A stretch of DNA of 64,000 nucleotides, taken from the NCBI RefSeq assembly GCF_044324875.1, contig NZ_CP172185.1, one strand, 5' to 3'. Positions 29,003 through 39,869 of the stretch are shown here, in pieces. Source of the stretch: Escherichia coli (GTDB taxonomy: Bacteria > Pseudomonadota > Gammaproteobacteria > Enterobacterales > Enterobacteriaceae). The notes beneath the pieces are model-generated. The model had not been told where the DNA came from. It was given only the letters and a program-made list of their open reading frames with translations, and did no database searches. Every line of letters begins with the position of its first letter. Positions within the stretch are counted from its first letter, which is position 1. The position numbers and the translations under genes are program-made.

Positions 29003-29278
29003 TTAGCGCGAAAGCGTATCGACAATGCCGACCACTGCCAGGTCGATGGCCTCATTAGGGCCGGAAAACACATGTCTGGCGCTGGAACCACTGCTGAGGA
29101 GTACCAACTCACCAACGCCTGCGCCGACTGAATCAACGGCAACTTCGTCGCCGGTTAATGGCGTGAGAGGCAGTTCGCCGTCAGCACTGACCCGGCGAAC
29201 CAGCAGCAGTTTTTTCCCGATCAGAGATGGTGATTTTTGCGTGGATACTACCGCGCCAGTGACTCGAGCCAGATGCAT
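29003..29278 (-). CDS. pduN: microcompartment vertex (pentamer) protein, EutN/CcmL family
   Basis: 91-aa [33 protein letters not shown]... Confidence 0.85.
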   Translation of the reverse strand: MHLARVTGAVVSTQKSPSLIGKKLLLVRRVSADGELPLTPLTGDEVAVDSVGAGVGELVLLSSGSSARHVFSGPNEAIDLAVVGIVDTLSR

Positions 29279-29281
29279 AGG

Positions 29282-29773
29282 TTACTCCTGCCTGATTAAC
29301 TGAATATTTCGGGTAATTGCCGCTTCACGAGCCAGTGCGGTCACACAACATTTCCGCTGTAACACCAATATTCCCGAGCTTAACTGTGCGATATCGACAT
29401 AACTTAAAAGTCGATCATGATGTAGGTAGATCGGTTGCCCTTGTTCGTCGCACCAGCTTAGCGGTAGACGGGCGAGAGTCTTCAATTCAATGGCGTTCAG
29501 GAAATGACGCTGCAACGACAATTGAATGTGCATTCCCCAGGCTAACGCTTCGTGTATCTGGATTGCTGCTCGATCTGACGTTTCGTTCTCCGCAAGTTGT
29601 CGCAGCAGCGGCAGATCGACATATCGGATTTGTAATGACGCATACTGATGAACGCTCTCTTGAACACTGGCGTCTCGCAGTTGAAAAACAGTCAGCACGA
29701 GTGTTTTTCCCGCACGTTGTTTAAGGCGAAAAACCACTTCGTCAACAATACGTTGCATCAGTATGTTATTCAT
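29282..29773 (-). CDS. pduM: microcompartment structural protein PduM
   Basis: 163-aa ORF between pduL and pduN; assignment by operon order. Confidence 0.7.
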   Translation of the reverse strand: MNNILMQRIVDEVVFRLKQRAGKTLVLTVFQLRDASVQESVHQYASLQIRYVDLPLLRQLAENETSDRAAIQIHEALAWGMHIQLSLQRHFLNAIELKTLARLPLSWCDEQGQPIYLHHDRLLSYVDIAQLSSGILVLQRKCCVTALAREAAITRNIQLIRQE

Positions 29774-30402
29774 GGCATTGACACCAGTGTGGCAAAAACG
29801 TCAGGGCTATCAGCCCCTGCGGCGTTGGCCTCATCGGTATCAATATGCATTTCAAGACGCATATCCGGAGAGACGCGAACAGCGACGTTTTCGAATATCA
29901 GTCGTCGCTCATCACCTTCAATGGCAACCGCCACTTTATCGCCATGCGTAACGCCATAAATCAGGGCATCCAGCGGAGACATATGAATATGCCGTTGCGC
30001 GACAATGACGCCAGATGTGATCTCCAGTTCCGCAAATGGACTTATCAAACGAATCCCCGGAGTGCCGCTGAGATCGCCTGACATGCGTAGCGGGGCGGTG
30101 ATCCCTAACGTTCTGGCGTCCGTCCGGGAAATTTCCACCTGACTTGCATTGCGTAGCGGCCCCAACAAGCGAACGTTGTGCAATTTACCTTTTGGTCCCT
30201 CCAGCGTAACAACCTGTTCAGCAGCGAATTGGCCAGGTTGCATTAACGGCTTTTTCTCGCTAATCGGTTGTTCAGGAAAAAGACGCAAATAATCCGCTGT
30301 TGAAAGATGAATATGACGACTGGAAACACCCAGAGGGATAGGGCGCTCACGCATCTCATCCAGAATCTGGCTCACTGTTTCCTGCAAGGTTTGTTTATCC
30401 AC
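29770..30402 (-). CDS. pduL: phosphate propanoyltransferase
   Basis: 210-aa ORF MDKQTLQETVSQILDEMRERPIPLGVSSRHIHLSTADYLRLF... Confidence 0.85.
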   Translation of the reverse strand: MDKQTLQETVSQILDEMRERPIPLGVSSRHIHLSTADYLRLFPEQPISEKKPLMQPGQFAAEQVVTLEGPKGKLHNVRLLGPLRNASQVEISRTDARTLGITAPLRMSGDLSGTPGIRLISPFAELEITSGVIVAQRHIHMSPLDALIYGVTHGDKVAVAIEGDERRLIFENVAVRVSPDMRLEMHIDTDEANAAGADSPDVFATLVSMP

Positions 30403-30404
30403 TG

Positions 30405-30827
30405 CTACTCCCCTCGCTTATTGGTGTGCAGGCAAAGTGAGCGGGGCTCACCTTTTTGCCGCTGACATGCCGGGTCAAGACACAAATTACAACTGATAAT
30501 CTCTGAGGTGACGGTTGTTGCTGGTGTTTCGCTTGTTTCAACCGTCCCAGTCAATGCTTCAGTTGTGTGGGGCAGAATGCCGTCTCCCGGGCGGGCAATT
30601 ACTTTGTGTGCGACAAGGCCATTTCGCTGTCCGGCGAAACTGGCTCCCGTCGCGATCGCCGCATTAACCGAGGCGACGTCACCGGTGATTTTGATGAGCG
30701 TCCAGCCTGAGCCATTGGTCTTCTCAAGGCCAACCAGCATGATAGACGCGGCTTTTGCCATAGCGTCTGCGCAACTGATAGCGAGTGCCAGACCACTGAC
30801 TTCAAGTAATCCCAGTGATTGCTTCAC
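30405..30827 (-). CDS. pduK: microcompartment shell protein with C-terminal Cys-rich extension
   Basis: 140-aa ORF; N-terminal BMC domain MKQSLGLLEVSGLALAISCADAMAKAASI... and a C-terminal tail with CxxC-type cysteines. Confidence 0.8.
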   Translation of the reverse strand: MKQSLGLLEVSGLALAISCADAMAKAASIMLVGLEKTNGSGWTLIKITGDVASVNAAIATGASFAGQRNGLVAHKVIARPGDGILPHTTEALTGTVETSETPATTVTSEIISCNLCLDPACQRQKGEPRSLCLHTNKRGE

Positions 30828-30850
30828 GCTGTGCTCCTTAGCGAATGGGG

Positions 30851-31126
30851 TTATGCCGATTTAGGTAAAATAGCCTCAACATCACTGTGTGGGCGTGGGA
30901 TGACATGGCAGGATTTAACTTCGCCAACGGCGCTTGCCGCAGCGCTCCCCGCATCAACGGCGGCCTTTACTGCGCCAACATCACCGCGGACCATCACCGT
31001 AATCAGACCCGAACCAATCTTTTCATAGCCAACCAGCTGCACGTTGGCGGATTTAACCATGGCATCTGCAGCTTCAATTGCGCCAACTAACCCTTTTGTT
31101 TCAACCAGTCCTAGTGCGTTGTTCAT
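30851..31126 (-). CDS. pduJ: major microcompartment shell protein (BMC-H)
   Basis: 91-aa [59 protein letters not shown]... Confidence 0.88.
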   Translation of the reverse strand: MNNALGLVETKGLVGAIEAADAMVKSANVQLVGYEKIGSGLITVMVRGDVGAVKAAVDAGSAAASAVGEVKSCHVIPRPHSDVEAILPKSA

Positions 31127-31145
31127 ACTGCGTTTCTCCTGTGGA

Positions 31146-31496
31146 TTATGAGTGGAATTCCCGGAAGGGAATTCCTTTTACCAGGCGGGCAGCGTTAGTG
31201 CCGATGCTGCGCCGGGCATGGTTATCTTGTTGATACATCAGCGTAAACAGTGGCGCTGATGCTGGTAAGTTTTTGTAATGCACAATCAGTTTTTCCTGAT
31301 CGCAGGCAATGCCAACCAACAGGGGAGATTGACGAGCAGCCAGCCAGGCGCTATCGATAACTTCACCTGACGGAATGTGTTGAATGCGAAAGGGAATACC
31401 TTCCTCTTCAATGCCAAGAAGCACCTCATCCCATGTAGTGATACAGTCACCGATCTCCATGACGACGATGGCTGGTGCACGCTCTTTACCTTCCAT
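31146..31496 (-). CDS. pduH: diol dehydratase reactivase small subunit
   Basis: 116-aa ORF immediately downstream of pduG; operon order. Confidence 0.8.
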   Translation of the reverse strand: MEGKERAPAIVVMEIGDCITTWDEVLLGIEEEGIPFRIQHIPSGEVIDSAWLAARQSPLLVGIACDQEKLIVHYKNLPASAPLFTLMYQQDNHARRSIGTNAARLVKGIPFREFHS

Positions 31497-33318
31497 GAAT
31501 CGACTCCTTGTGCCAGGCGATGAGGAGCCCAGTAGCTACCGCATTGCGCGGACCTTCGCTACCACGGATATTCCCCCGCCCGGCGACCAGTCGATAATGT
31601 GCCAGCGCGTCGGTGACCAATTGCGGTACTTCGAAATCCAGCGAAGAGCCACCCACCAGAACGACAAACGGAATGTCGCGAATATTTCCGGCAGGGCTTA
31701 CCTGACGTAGCGCGCGCAGGGAATTAGTTACGAAGACACGCTCTTTCGCACTGCGACGGACAGCGCGTACTTTTTCCAGCGTCAAATCACCGGGAATAGG
31801 CACCAGTTCGTCGGGTTTCACTACACAGACGCGGGCAAATACATGGGGGGATAGGGGAGTAGGGAAGAACTGAACGCTGCCATCTTCATGGCGTAAGTGG
31901 AACAGGCTTTCTACTTTTGCCAACGGGTACTTTTTGATTTCTTCTGCCAGATAACGATCATTTAAGCCCAGCTCACGAGCGATAATCATCGTTACCATGT
32001 CGCCCGCTCCCGCAAGGTGAGTGGCAACAATTTCTCCTTTCTGATTGATGATGGAGGCATCGGTAGAGCCTGCACCTAAGTCCAGAATTGCCAGTGGACG
32101 TGTGGTTCCAGGGGTAGTCAAGGCCCCCTGAATGGCGGCTTCTGCTTCTGCGCCTCCGACCTGAACATCAACATGCAGTTTTTGCTTAATTTCACTGGCG
32201 ATCATTGCCATTTGCAGACGGTCGGATTTCACCATAGAGGCAATACCCACAGCCTGTTCCAGTGAAAATTCACCTGCCAGGCCGCCGGTTACGCTGACGG
32301 GGACAGAGGTATCTATCGCCAGCAAATCCTGAATAAAAATTTCGTTGCTGGGTTTGTTGGTCAGTTCCGCCATGGTCTGGCGAACATGTTCCAGCATTCC
32401 GCCGATGTTGGTGCCTGGTTCTCCCGTCACGTTTTCCAGTTTTGGGCACTCACCGACCGCTTTCATAATGGCATCGGCACCAGCAGCTACATCAACGCGC
32501 GTTGTGCGCCCGGCAGAAAGCAGTTCGATATTTCCGGCGGGTATCGAACGGGCTTTAACGTCGCCAGAAGGCGTTTTCACTACCACTGCTGAACGGTTGC
32601 CGATTAGCGCCCGCGCGACAGGAACAATATTTTTAGTCTCTTCAGCATTGAGGGCGAAAACGGTGGCAATCCCATACGGGTTAGACAGGGTTTCGATAAC
32701 TTTCCCGGGAACGGCAACTTCAATTGCAGCCAGCATGCCGAGCGGAATACGATCGATGTAGAGGACTTCATCAACAATAGGTACAGCAATTTCCAGGCGG
32801 TTACTGACCAGCACGCCATCGTCGCGTTGCAGAATAACGCCAGTCAGCTGATATCCGGCACGTACGGAGGCGTTTATCATCGTCGCGATATCGGCAAAAT
32901 CAAATGCCGATGACACCACCAGGATGTAAGGTGTGTCCGCCGGGCGTGTTAATAACTCTTGCGGAGTGATGGTGAGCCCTACGCCCAGCCCCACTCCGCC
33001 CGGAGTTTTCGGGTTGTGACCGATCATGGTTGATTCGGTGATGATGGTTTCAGTGATGGTTTCCATCGCCACATCACCAATGACCGGAGTTGCTTCGTTG
33101 ATACGAATAAGCGAAATATCGCTAACATTGATGCCGACTTTTTTCGTTGCCTGTGCGAGCGCCTCCTGAATACCATGGACGTTACGCAACGTACCTTTAA
33201 TTCCGGTGGTTTCCGCCAGGGCGCTACTCACGAACGACAACTCTCCAGTTGCACTGAGCGTTGCCAGCGCAATCTCTGTTGATGAGTTGCCGATATCAAT
33301 GCCTGCTATATATCGCAT
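31486..33318 (-). CDS. pduG: diol dehydratase reactivase large subunit
   Basis: 610-aa ORF MRYIAGIDIGNSSTEIALATL... (ASKHA/actin-like ATPase fold). Confidence 0.85.
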   Translation of the reverse strand: MRYIAGIDIGNSSTEIALATLSATGELSFVSSALAETTGIKGTLRNVHGIQEALAQATKKVGINVSDISLIRINEATPVIGDVAMETITETIITESTMIGHNPKTPGGVGLGVGLTITPQELLTRPADTPYILVVSSAFDFADIATMINASVRAGYQLTGVILQRDDGVLVSNRLEIAVPIVDEVLYIDRIPLGMLAAIEVAVPGKVIETLSNPYGIATVFALNAEETKNIVPVARALIGNRSAVVVKTPSGDVKARSIPAGNIELLSAGRTTRVDVAAGADAIMKAVGECPKLENVTGEPGTNIGGMLEHVRQTMAELTNKPSNEIFIQDLLAIDTSVPVSVTGGLAGEFSLEQAVGIASMVKSDRLQMAMIASEIKQKLHVDVQVGGAEAEAAIQGALTTPGTTRPLAILDLGAGSTDASIINQKGEIVATHLAGAGDMVTMIIARELGLNDRYLAEEIKKYPLAKVESLFHLRHEDGSVQFFPTPLSPHVFARVCVVKPDELVPIPGDLTLEKVRAVRRSAKERVFVTNSLRALRQVSPAGNIRDIPFVVLVGGSSLDFEVPQLVTDALAHYRLVAGRGNIRGSEGPRNAVATGLLIAWHKESIHGR

Positions 33319-33327
33319 AGTTCGTCC

Positions 33328-33846
33328 TTAATCGTCGCCTTTCAGTTTTTTGCGCTCGACATAAAGCTCCGCAGCTTCACGGACAAATGCAGCACAAATT
33401 TTGGCCTGATAACGCCGTTCAAGATCGTCAGCAATGGCAATAAGTTCTTGCTTAGTCGAACGATAAGGGCGTAACGCATTGTAGATTTCGAGGATGCGAT
33501 CATCCGGTACTGAGGTAAGCTCAGCGGCGCGTTCAAAATTCATCGCCAGGCGATCGCGACCAGCATCTCTGGCAATCGCGGCCTGAATACGCAATGTTTC
33601 AGGGGTTATACGCATATCCTGGGCGGTGACGTTATCGCTGAGTACATTTTCCAGAGTGAAATCGTCGAGCGTTTTATTGGTCGCCGTTTTAACCCATTCC
33701 GGATGTTTATTTGCCAGCGGATAATCCGTCACTTTGGCGCTCTGTATTGATGCGTTGGGGACCGCAGAAACAGAAGCTGCATCCTGTAAACTGTTCATGC
33801 GGTTCAACACGTCCCTGACCATCGACTCAATTGCATCGGTATTCAT
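33328..33846 (-). CDS. pduE: propanediol dehydratase small (gamma) subunit
   Basis: 172-aa ORF following pduD; operon order. Confidence 0.85.
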   Translation of the reverse strand: MNTDAIESMVRDVLNRMNSLQDAASVSAVPNASIQSAKVTDYPLANKHPEWVKTATNKTLDDFTLENVLSDNVTAQDMRITPETLRIQAAIARDAGRDRLAMNFERAAELTSVPDDRILEIYNALRPYRSTKQELIAIADDLERRYQAKICAAFVREAAELYVERKKLKGDD

Positions 33847-33860
33847 GAAGATTTCCTTTG

Positions 33861-34529
33861 TTAAAACGTCACGCGCAGTTCTTGCGGTTTTTTGCCAGTG
33901 ACCACGTACTTCGTCTCTTTGATATGCAAAATGGCAGATTTAGCCTGGTATTTCGGCCGCGCCATTTGATCGTTGAGGGTCGGCACCGGTTGTGGAGACT
34001 CACGCTTTGCATAACGCGCGGCGTTTTTGCCAATCTGACGATAAGTTTCCAGCGTCAACAAAGGCGCTTGAGGGAATAGTTCCAGGTTAGACAAGGGAGG
34101 AAGACCCTGCTGGTGGATAACCGTTGTGCCTTTCGACTGAATACCGATAGCAATACCTGAACCACTAAGACGATCGCCTTCGACTGCTACGAATGCGACA
34201 TCGGACGATTTAAAGCAGCGAATCACACGGGCTTTAATGCCTTCTTCTTCGATACCAGCAATCACTTCGCGCAAGATGTTTTTATGCGGAATACCGATGA
34301 TATTGACGGTTTGCGCCAGGCCGAACGCCGGGCCTACAGCAATAATGACTTCATCTTGCTGAGTGCCTTGTTGGGCTTCGCCAATTTCGGTCAGAAAAGT
34401 TCCGGTATCTGGCGCGGAAGAGACAGTTGCACAGGCAGGTGCGCGAAATGAAACGGGCTTGTCGCTGGTTTGCATTTCTGCCAGCACGTCTTCGATAATC
34501 TGACGCAGTAATTTTTCGTTAATTTCCAT
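33861..34529 (-). CDS. pduD: propanediol dehydratase medium (beta) subunit
   Basis: 222-aa [22 protein letters not shown]... with an N-terminal encapsulation helix. Confidence 0.85.
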   Translation of the reverse strand: MEINEKLLRQIIEDVLAEMQTSDKPVSFRAPACATVSSAPDTGTFLTEIGEAQQGTQQDEVIIAVGPAFGLAQTVNIIGIPHKNILREVIAGIEEEGIKARVIRCFKSSDVAFVAVEGDRLSGSGIAIGIQSKGTTVIHQQGLPPLSNLELFPQAPLLTLETYRQIGKNAARYAKRESPQPVPTLNDQMARPKYQAKSAILHIKETKYVVTGKKPQELRVTF

Positions 34530-34538
34530 TTCTCACCC

Positions 34539-36203
34539 TTAGTCAATTTCGTTGGGATCAAGTGCACCGGGAATATTTTTGATCTCTTCCCAGCGTTCCC
34601 CTTGCAGGCGGTAACCTGTAGCCGGTCCGGCGTAATCATTGATGTCATTGACCGCTGAGAGCACTTGTCCGTCATCGACGATGATGGCTGAGGTATGGAG
34701 ATAATCGCCGGTCAGTTTTGCTTTTTGCATGTTGAGCATGTCCTGGGCGACATCGGTAAAACCGCCTTGCGCCAGGGCTTTCACCACTTCCAGGCTGTTA
34801 CGGTTTTTATTGATAATCTCCTGGGCGAACTTGATGTCTTCCACAATATTGCGCTCAGGCATATCTTTCGAACCGTGGGCATAGGTTGCCGCTTCGACTT
34901 CTTCATCGGTAATAGGCGGTAGTCCCATACCGGCAAAGACAGCCTGTAAAGCGCGAGCGGCTTTATTGCGGATAGCGATAACATCTTCTTCGCGTACTGG
35001 TCGCAGCCCGCCATCAACCTTCAGGTCACGCTGAATGACGTTGTAATCATCGAAGTCTTCAGCATCTTCGTTTGAACCAGCAAACATGTTGTCGTAGTTC
35101 GGCACAGCGGAAAAACCGGAAGAGATAAAGTCGGTACCTGGCAGAAACTGCATCAGGAAACGTGCGGTACGGCGCATATCCGAGTGGGTAAAGGTCTGGT
35201 CATTACTGGAAGCGCATTCCAGATCCAGCGATGAGCAAATTAAGTTTTCCGCTAATACTGCGCGGATGCCTGATGGCACAGCCGATGGGACACCGATGCA
35301 GCTTACCGAACCATTCTGCAGACCCTGAACGCCTGCGGCTTTAGTGATGTAAATGCAACGAGCCTCGAGATAAAGCATTGATTTGCCTTCCGCGTAACCC
35401 ATCTGTACTTCTGAGCCGGAGCCGGAAGTAAAGCGCATTTTTAAGCCGCGAGAAGCATAAGATGACGCGAGAAACCCTTTTGACCACGGGGTATCATCGC
35501 CATCGGTGAAAACAGGTTCTGTACCATAGACAGAAATTGTTTCGGCGTAACAGGTGTGGCCTAACATACCGAGTTTCAGTTCGGTGGCTTCTTCCAGTGA
35601 ACACTGGGTCAAGACGCCCGGACGTCCCACCTGTGAGCCGACCAGCAGGGCGATGGCGTTGAACGGTGCATAGCGAGCAACGGCAACGGTGGTTTCCTGT
35701 TCATCAAACCCGCGCCATGCGCCTTCAGCTGCGTCGGCGGCAATTTGTACCGGGTTATCTTTAACGTTGGTGACGTGAGCCTGTTGTGATGGTGTTCGAC
35801 GGGCGCGCATTTTCTGCATCGCCATCATCATCTCTACCACGTTCATCTGCGAAACCACTTCGACGATTTTTGCAGGCGTCATTGCTGTGGTAAGGGGAAC
35901 GATATCGCTACGTTTGACATTTGGATCGCACAACATATTGGCAAGTTTTACCGAATCCATCGCGATGACTTCTTCGGCGCGAGCGAGATTGATGCCGTAG
36001 CGGGCGATAAAGTGGTCGATCAGGTCAAACTGGCTGGCGGGTTTTCCATCCAGTTCGGTAACGACGCCGTTAACAATTTTGATTGACGGTTTAGGATCGT
36101 TCGGGCTTTCCATCGCAATGAAGCCTTCTTCAATCCACTCTTTAACGAAACCGTCCTGGTTGACCGGGCGTTTTGCCAGTGCTTCAAATCTTTTCGATCT
36201 CAT
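34539..36203 (-). CDS. pduC: B12-dependent propanediol dehydratase large (alpha) subunit
   Basis: 554-aa ORF MRSKRFEALAKRPVNQDGFVKEWIEEGFIAMESPNDPKPSIKIVNG... Confidence 0.9.
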   Translation of the reverse strand: MRSKRFEALAKRPVNQDGFVKEWIEEGFIAMESPNDPKPSIKIVNGVVTELDGKPASQFDLIDHFIARYGINLARAEEVIAMDSVKLANMLCDPNVKRSDIVPLTTAMTPAKIVEVVSQMNVVEMMMAMQKMRARRTPSQQAHVTNVKDNPVQIAADAAEGAWRGFDEQETTVAVARYAPFNAIALLVGSQVGRPGVLTQCSLEEATELKLGMLGHTCYAETISVYGTEPVFTDGDDTPWSKGFLASSYASRGLKMRFTSGSGSEVQMGYAEGKSMLYLEARCIYITKAAGVQGLQNGSVSCIGVPSAVPSGIRAVLAENLICSSLDLECASSNDQTFTHSDMRRTARFLMQFLPGTDFISSGFSAVPNYDNMFAGSNEDAEDFDDYNVIQRDLKVDGGLRPVREEDVIAIRNKAARALQAVFAGMGLPPITDEEVEAATYAHGSKDMPERNIVEDIKFAQEIINKNRNSLEVVKALAQGGFTDVAQDMLNMQKAKLTGDYLHTSAIIVDDGQVLSAVNDINDYAGPATGYRLQGERWEEIKNIPGALDPNEID

Positions 36204-36221
36204 AAATCTGCCTCAGAAAAT

Positions 36222-37034
36222 TCAGATGTAGGAAGGGCGATCGTTTTTCGGTGTATCGCCGAGAGTCGAAAGCACGGTTTTACCGATTTCGCGTGCGGAG
36301 ATGACCGCCTGGCGGACTGCGCCGGAGTCACCCGAGATAATCAGAATGACTTCATTGCTGTAGCTGGTGCCTTGCGCGGGGGAGCTGTATGCCACAACAT
36401 CCACATTGGCGGACTTCAGCGCGGTGTCTGCCATCAGAACACCCACCGCAGCCGGAGCGCCGACAATAACGCCGCAAGCCCGTCCCAGTGGAGCGCCAAA
36501 CGCTTTTTCCAGTGCATAGCTGGCGCGGGCGGTATATTGCAGTTCAAGATGTCCGGCTTCGTTGGCATAGACATCGCCAAAGGTTCGATCGAGTTCTTTC
36601 AGGGCAACTTCAATACCGCGTTTCACGTCGGAAACATCGTTGCCACCTAAGAGGATCAATGAGCCGTGTCCGGCACCGCCTTTAGTATCGCGAGGAAGTT
36701 CAATGCTAATAACTTCAGTATTGGTTGCTTTTACCGCTTCATCAGCGGCCATAATGTGTGGACCTGCGCCAATACGCGCACCCAGAATGCCAATGGAACG
36801 ATAGCGTTTTTCAAGTTTCATTGCGTCCAACAGGGCGCTATCAACGTTCGCAATGACCAGACCTACAGTGTCGCCAATAGCGGTGCCAACAAATTCTGTT
36901 AACGTGCAGCTTTTTTCTGCCATAGCCGTCTCTCGTATTTGATGAGTGGTTTTCGGGAGAACCTCATGCTCTGGCGTCGCTACGCGAGCGATGACCTGCG
37001 CCATGATCTGTTCGACCAGTTCATTGCTGCTCAT
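36222..37034 (-). CDS. pduB: microcompartment shell protein (tandem BMC, BMC-T)
   Basis: 270-aa ORF upstream of pduC; tandem BMC domains. Confidence 0.85.
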   Translation of the reverse strand: MSSNELVEQIMAQVIARVATPEHEVLPKTTHQIRETAMAEKSCTLTEFVGTAIGDTVGLVIANVDSALLDAMKLEKRYRSIGILGARIGAGPHIMAADEAVKATNTEVISIELPRDTKGGAGHGSLILLGGNDVSDVKRGIEVALKELDRTFGDVYANEAGHLELQYTARASYALEKAFGAPLGRACGVIVGAPAAVGVLMADTALKSANVDVVAYSSPAQGTSYSNEVILIISGDSGAVRQAVISAREIGKTVLSTLGDTPKNDRPSYI

Positions 37035-37315
37035 GGGTTAATTCCCTTTGGTAAGATTTTTTCGACATCGGTATGTGGGCGGGGAATAACGTGCACGGCT
37101 TTTACTTCGCCGACGTTACGCGCAGCTGCGGCACCTGCGTCTGTTGCCGCTTTTACCGCCCCGACATCACCACGAACGATGACGGTCACCAGCCCGGAAC
37201 CTATTTTTTCGTAGCCGACCAGCAAAACATTTGCCGACTTCACCATGGCGTCTGCGGCCTCTATGGCGGCAGTTAAGCCTTTGGTTTCTACCATTCCTAA
37301 CGCTTCTTGTTGCAT
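37031..37315 (-). CDS. pduA: microcompartment shell protein (BMC-H), first gene of the pdu operon
   Basis: 94-aa [60 protein letters not shown]... Confidence 0.9.
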   Translation of the reverse strand: MQQEALGMVETKGLTAAIEAADAMVKSANVLLVGYEKIGSGLVTVIVRGDVGAVKAATDAGAAAARNVGEVKAVHVIPRPHTDVEKILPKGINP

Positions 37316-37826
37316 AAAGACCTCGCCTGGATTTTTTTGACGATATGACTATAAAAAAAAGCGAGGAAAAAGAATGGCTGACTTAATCGGCTAATGAGAA
37401 AAATTAATAGAGAACAAATATTATAAAATTGCTTTTATGAACTATATGTTGTTAATTTATTAGTTGTTTTGTGGATATTTCAATGTGAATTAATTGCGTT
37501 GGCTAGTGAGTTTAATCGCGAGTAATATTTTGTGGGGGGGTGTTCGAGGAAGGAACTGTGATATTTGTTTCAATTTTATTATGTCATGATGGCAATTTTT
37601 TATTATAAAAGTTTGGCGGTAATTATTACTTTCAACACTGATTAACGCTGTGTTGCATGATTCGGTAATGACAATAATTTGTTATGTTAGCACGATTTTT
37701 ACACGAGTCTGTCATGCATGTTAGCAATATTTTCTGCAGAGCAATTTTTTATAGTTGCGCTCGATATATACAACAATCAGCGCATAGTTGGCTGATAAAG
37801 AAAAACTCCGTAAAGAAGGTGTCACT
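37316..37826. promoter_or_regulatory. divergent pduA / pduF control region
   Basis: A 510-bp AT-rich intergenic region between divergent pduA and pduF. Expected from Salmonella knowledge to carry PocR-dependent promoters; individual sites not resolved here. Confidence 0.5.
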
Positions 37827-38636
37827 ATGAATGATTCACTCAAGGCGCAATGCGTTGCCGAGTTTTTGGGCACCGGACTGTTCCTCTTTTTTGGCATTGG
37901 TTGTTTGTGCGCCCTGAAACTTGCCGGGGCAAGTCTGGGACTGTGGGAAATTTGTATCATTTGGGGGTTAGGGATTTCGCTTGCTGTTTACCTTACGGCA
38001 GGTATTTCCGGCGCTCATCTCAACCCGGCAGTTACCATTGCTCTGTGGCTGTTTGCCTCTTTCCCAGCCCGTAAAGTGCTGCCATTTTGTGTGGTGCAAT
38101 TAGCGGGTGCCTTTGGTGGTGCGGTTCTGGCATATTTTCTCTACAGCAGTTTGTTTACCGATTTTGAATCTGCTCACAATATGGTGCGTGGTAGTGCAGA
38201 AAGTTTACAACTCGCCAGTATCTTCAGTACTTATCCGGCAGCGGCGATTAATGTATGGCAAGCTGCGTTGGTCGAAGTGGTCATAACGTCCATGTTAATG
38301 GGGTTGATTATGGCGTTGACCGATGACGGTAATGGCGTACCCAAAGGACCGCTTGCGCCTTTACTTATTGGTATTCTGGTTGCTGTTATTGGTGCTTCTA
38401 CCGGACCATTAACCGGTTTTGCCATGAATCCAGCGCGTGATTTTGGACCTAAAATTTTCACCTGGCTTGCGGGTTGGGGGGAAATTGCGATGACTGGTGG
38501 ACGCAATATTCCTTATTTCATTGTACCCATTATTGCACCGATCATTGGCGCATGTGTTGGTGCGGCGATTTATCGCTATCTCATTGCAAAGAATTTACCT
38601 GTCAATAGTGTTACACCTAAAGAAATCAGCGAATAA
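37827..38636 (+). CDS. pduF: propanediol diffusion facilitator (MIP/aquaglyceroporin family)
   Basis: MNDSLKAQCVAEFLGTGLFLFFGIGC... with two NPA motifs (HLNPAVT and MNPARD). Confidence 0.88.
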   Translation: MNDSLKAQCVAEFLGTGLFLFFGIGCLCALKLAGASLGLWEICIIWGLGISLAVYLTAGISGAHLNPAVTIALWLFASFPARKVLPFCVVQLAGAFGGAVLAYFLYSSLFTDFESAHNMVRGSAESLQLASIFSTYPAAAINVWQAALVEVVITSMLMGLIMALTDDGNGVPKGPLAPLLIGILVAVIGASTGPLTGFAMNPARDFGPKIFTWLAGWGEIAMTGGRNIPYFIVPIIAPIIGACVGAAIYRYLIAKNLPVNSVTPKEISE

Positions 38637-38838
38637 CGAAATAATCTGGCAGCTATAAACGTTTATTTTTTTACTGTTTGTGATCTGCTTTCCGAACTTA
38701 TTAAAAAGTCTCCCGCTTCACGGAGGCTTTTGTTATTGTCCTTTGTGCTTCTCGTCAGTAAATCATCAGGGATGATGTGAAGATTAAATGTAAAACAATT
38801 GTTTTGCTATAACAATAAATTAACTGGGAGGTTTTATC

Positions 38839-39753
38839 ATGATTTCTGCGGCGACACTTAATTCAGAACTCATTAATAAAATCGCGCAGGATTTTGCGCA
38901 GGCGACCAGCCTTGCGGTTGTCGTGGTCAATATTCACGGCGATGAAATTTCCGAGCTGTTTAACTTCACTCCATTTTGTCAGATGATGCGGCAACACTCT
39001 CAGCTTAGCACTCGATGTCGCATGAGCGATCGTTGTGGGGGCCTGGAAGCCTCTAAATCCGATCAGCCTTGTATTTATCGCTGTCATGCCGGATTAACCG
39101 ATTTCTCTATTCCACTGGTAATCGCCGGACATTTAGTTGGTTTTGTATTGTGCGGGCAAGTTCGTCTGCGTAATGATGATGTCGATTTGGTCGATATTCT
39201 GAATGTCGATGATTGCTGGCAGGCAGATCCCGAATTACTTAATGAATTTCGCAAAGTCCCTGAGATGGATTACTCAAGAGTTATGGCCTCTGCTGATTTG
39301 TTGAAGTTGATTGTGGAAAATTGCCTCAAAAAACAACTCAATTTTGTTGTTATTAAAGAGAACAAATTTCAGTCAGATTCGGTGCGCCAGACTCGTGCGC
39401 CTAATCCCCACGACAATAAAATGAAAAAAGCTTTACGCTATATTGATGCGCATTTATCAGACGATTTGCGTCTGGAAGATGTCGCCTCGCACGTTTATCT
39501 AAGCCCTTATTATTTCAGCAAGTTATTTAAGAAATACCATGGGATTGGGTTTAATGCGTGGGTAAACCAACAACGGATGGCCAGCGCTCGTGAGTTACTG
39601 TGCCATAGTGACTGGAGCATCGCCAGCATTGCGCGTAATTTAGGTTTTTCGCAAACCAGTTATTTTTGCAAAGTTTTCCGTCAGACTTATCAGGTTACGC
39701 CGCAGGTGTATCGGCAGCAAGTGAATGAAAATGCGGCGATGGAAACGGTATAG
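38839..39753 (+). CDS. pocR: AraC-family regulator of pdu/cob genes
   Basis: 304-aa ORF with a C-terminal AraC helix-turn-helix; position after pduF. Confidence 0.85.
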   Translation: MISAATLNSELINKIAQDFAQATSLAVVVVNIHGDEISELFNFTPFCQMMRQHSQLSTRCRMSDRCGGLEASKSDQPCIYRCHAGLTDFSIPLVIAGHLVGFVLCGQVRLRNDDVDLVDILNVDDCWQADPELLNEFRKVPEMDYSRVMASADLLKLIVENCLKKQLNFVVIKENKFQSDSVRQTRAPNPHDNKMKKALRYIDAHLSDDLRLEDVASHVYLSPYYFSKLFKKYHGIGFNAWVNQQRMASARELLCHSDWSIASIARNLGFSQTSYFCKVFRQTYQVTPQVYRQQVNENAAMETV

Positions 39754-39869
39754 AGTAAATGCCAAAAAAAAGGAAGGTTTAAATAAACGCTGGAATGAAT
39801 AATTAACGTTATTTACGTGTTATGGGAAAAGTGAAATCAGCTCATAACATACGCTGACAGGTGTGGCAC

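Noticed and set aside
22784-37315. Ethanolamine-utilisation (eut) identity for the microcompartment cluster
   Set aside because: It contains the three-subunit B12-dependent diol dehydratase (pduCDE), its reactivase (pduGH), pduL and the pduF/pocR regulators, and lacks eutBC ammonia-lyase; a pdu assignment fits better.
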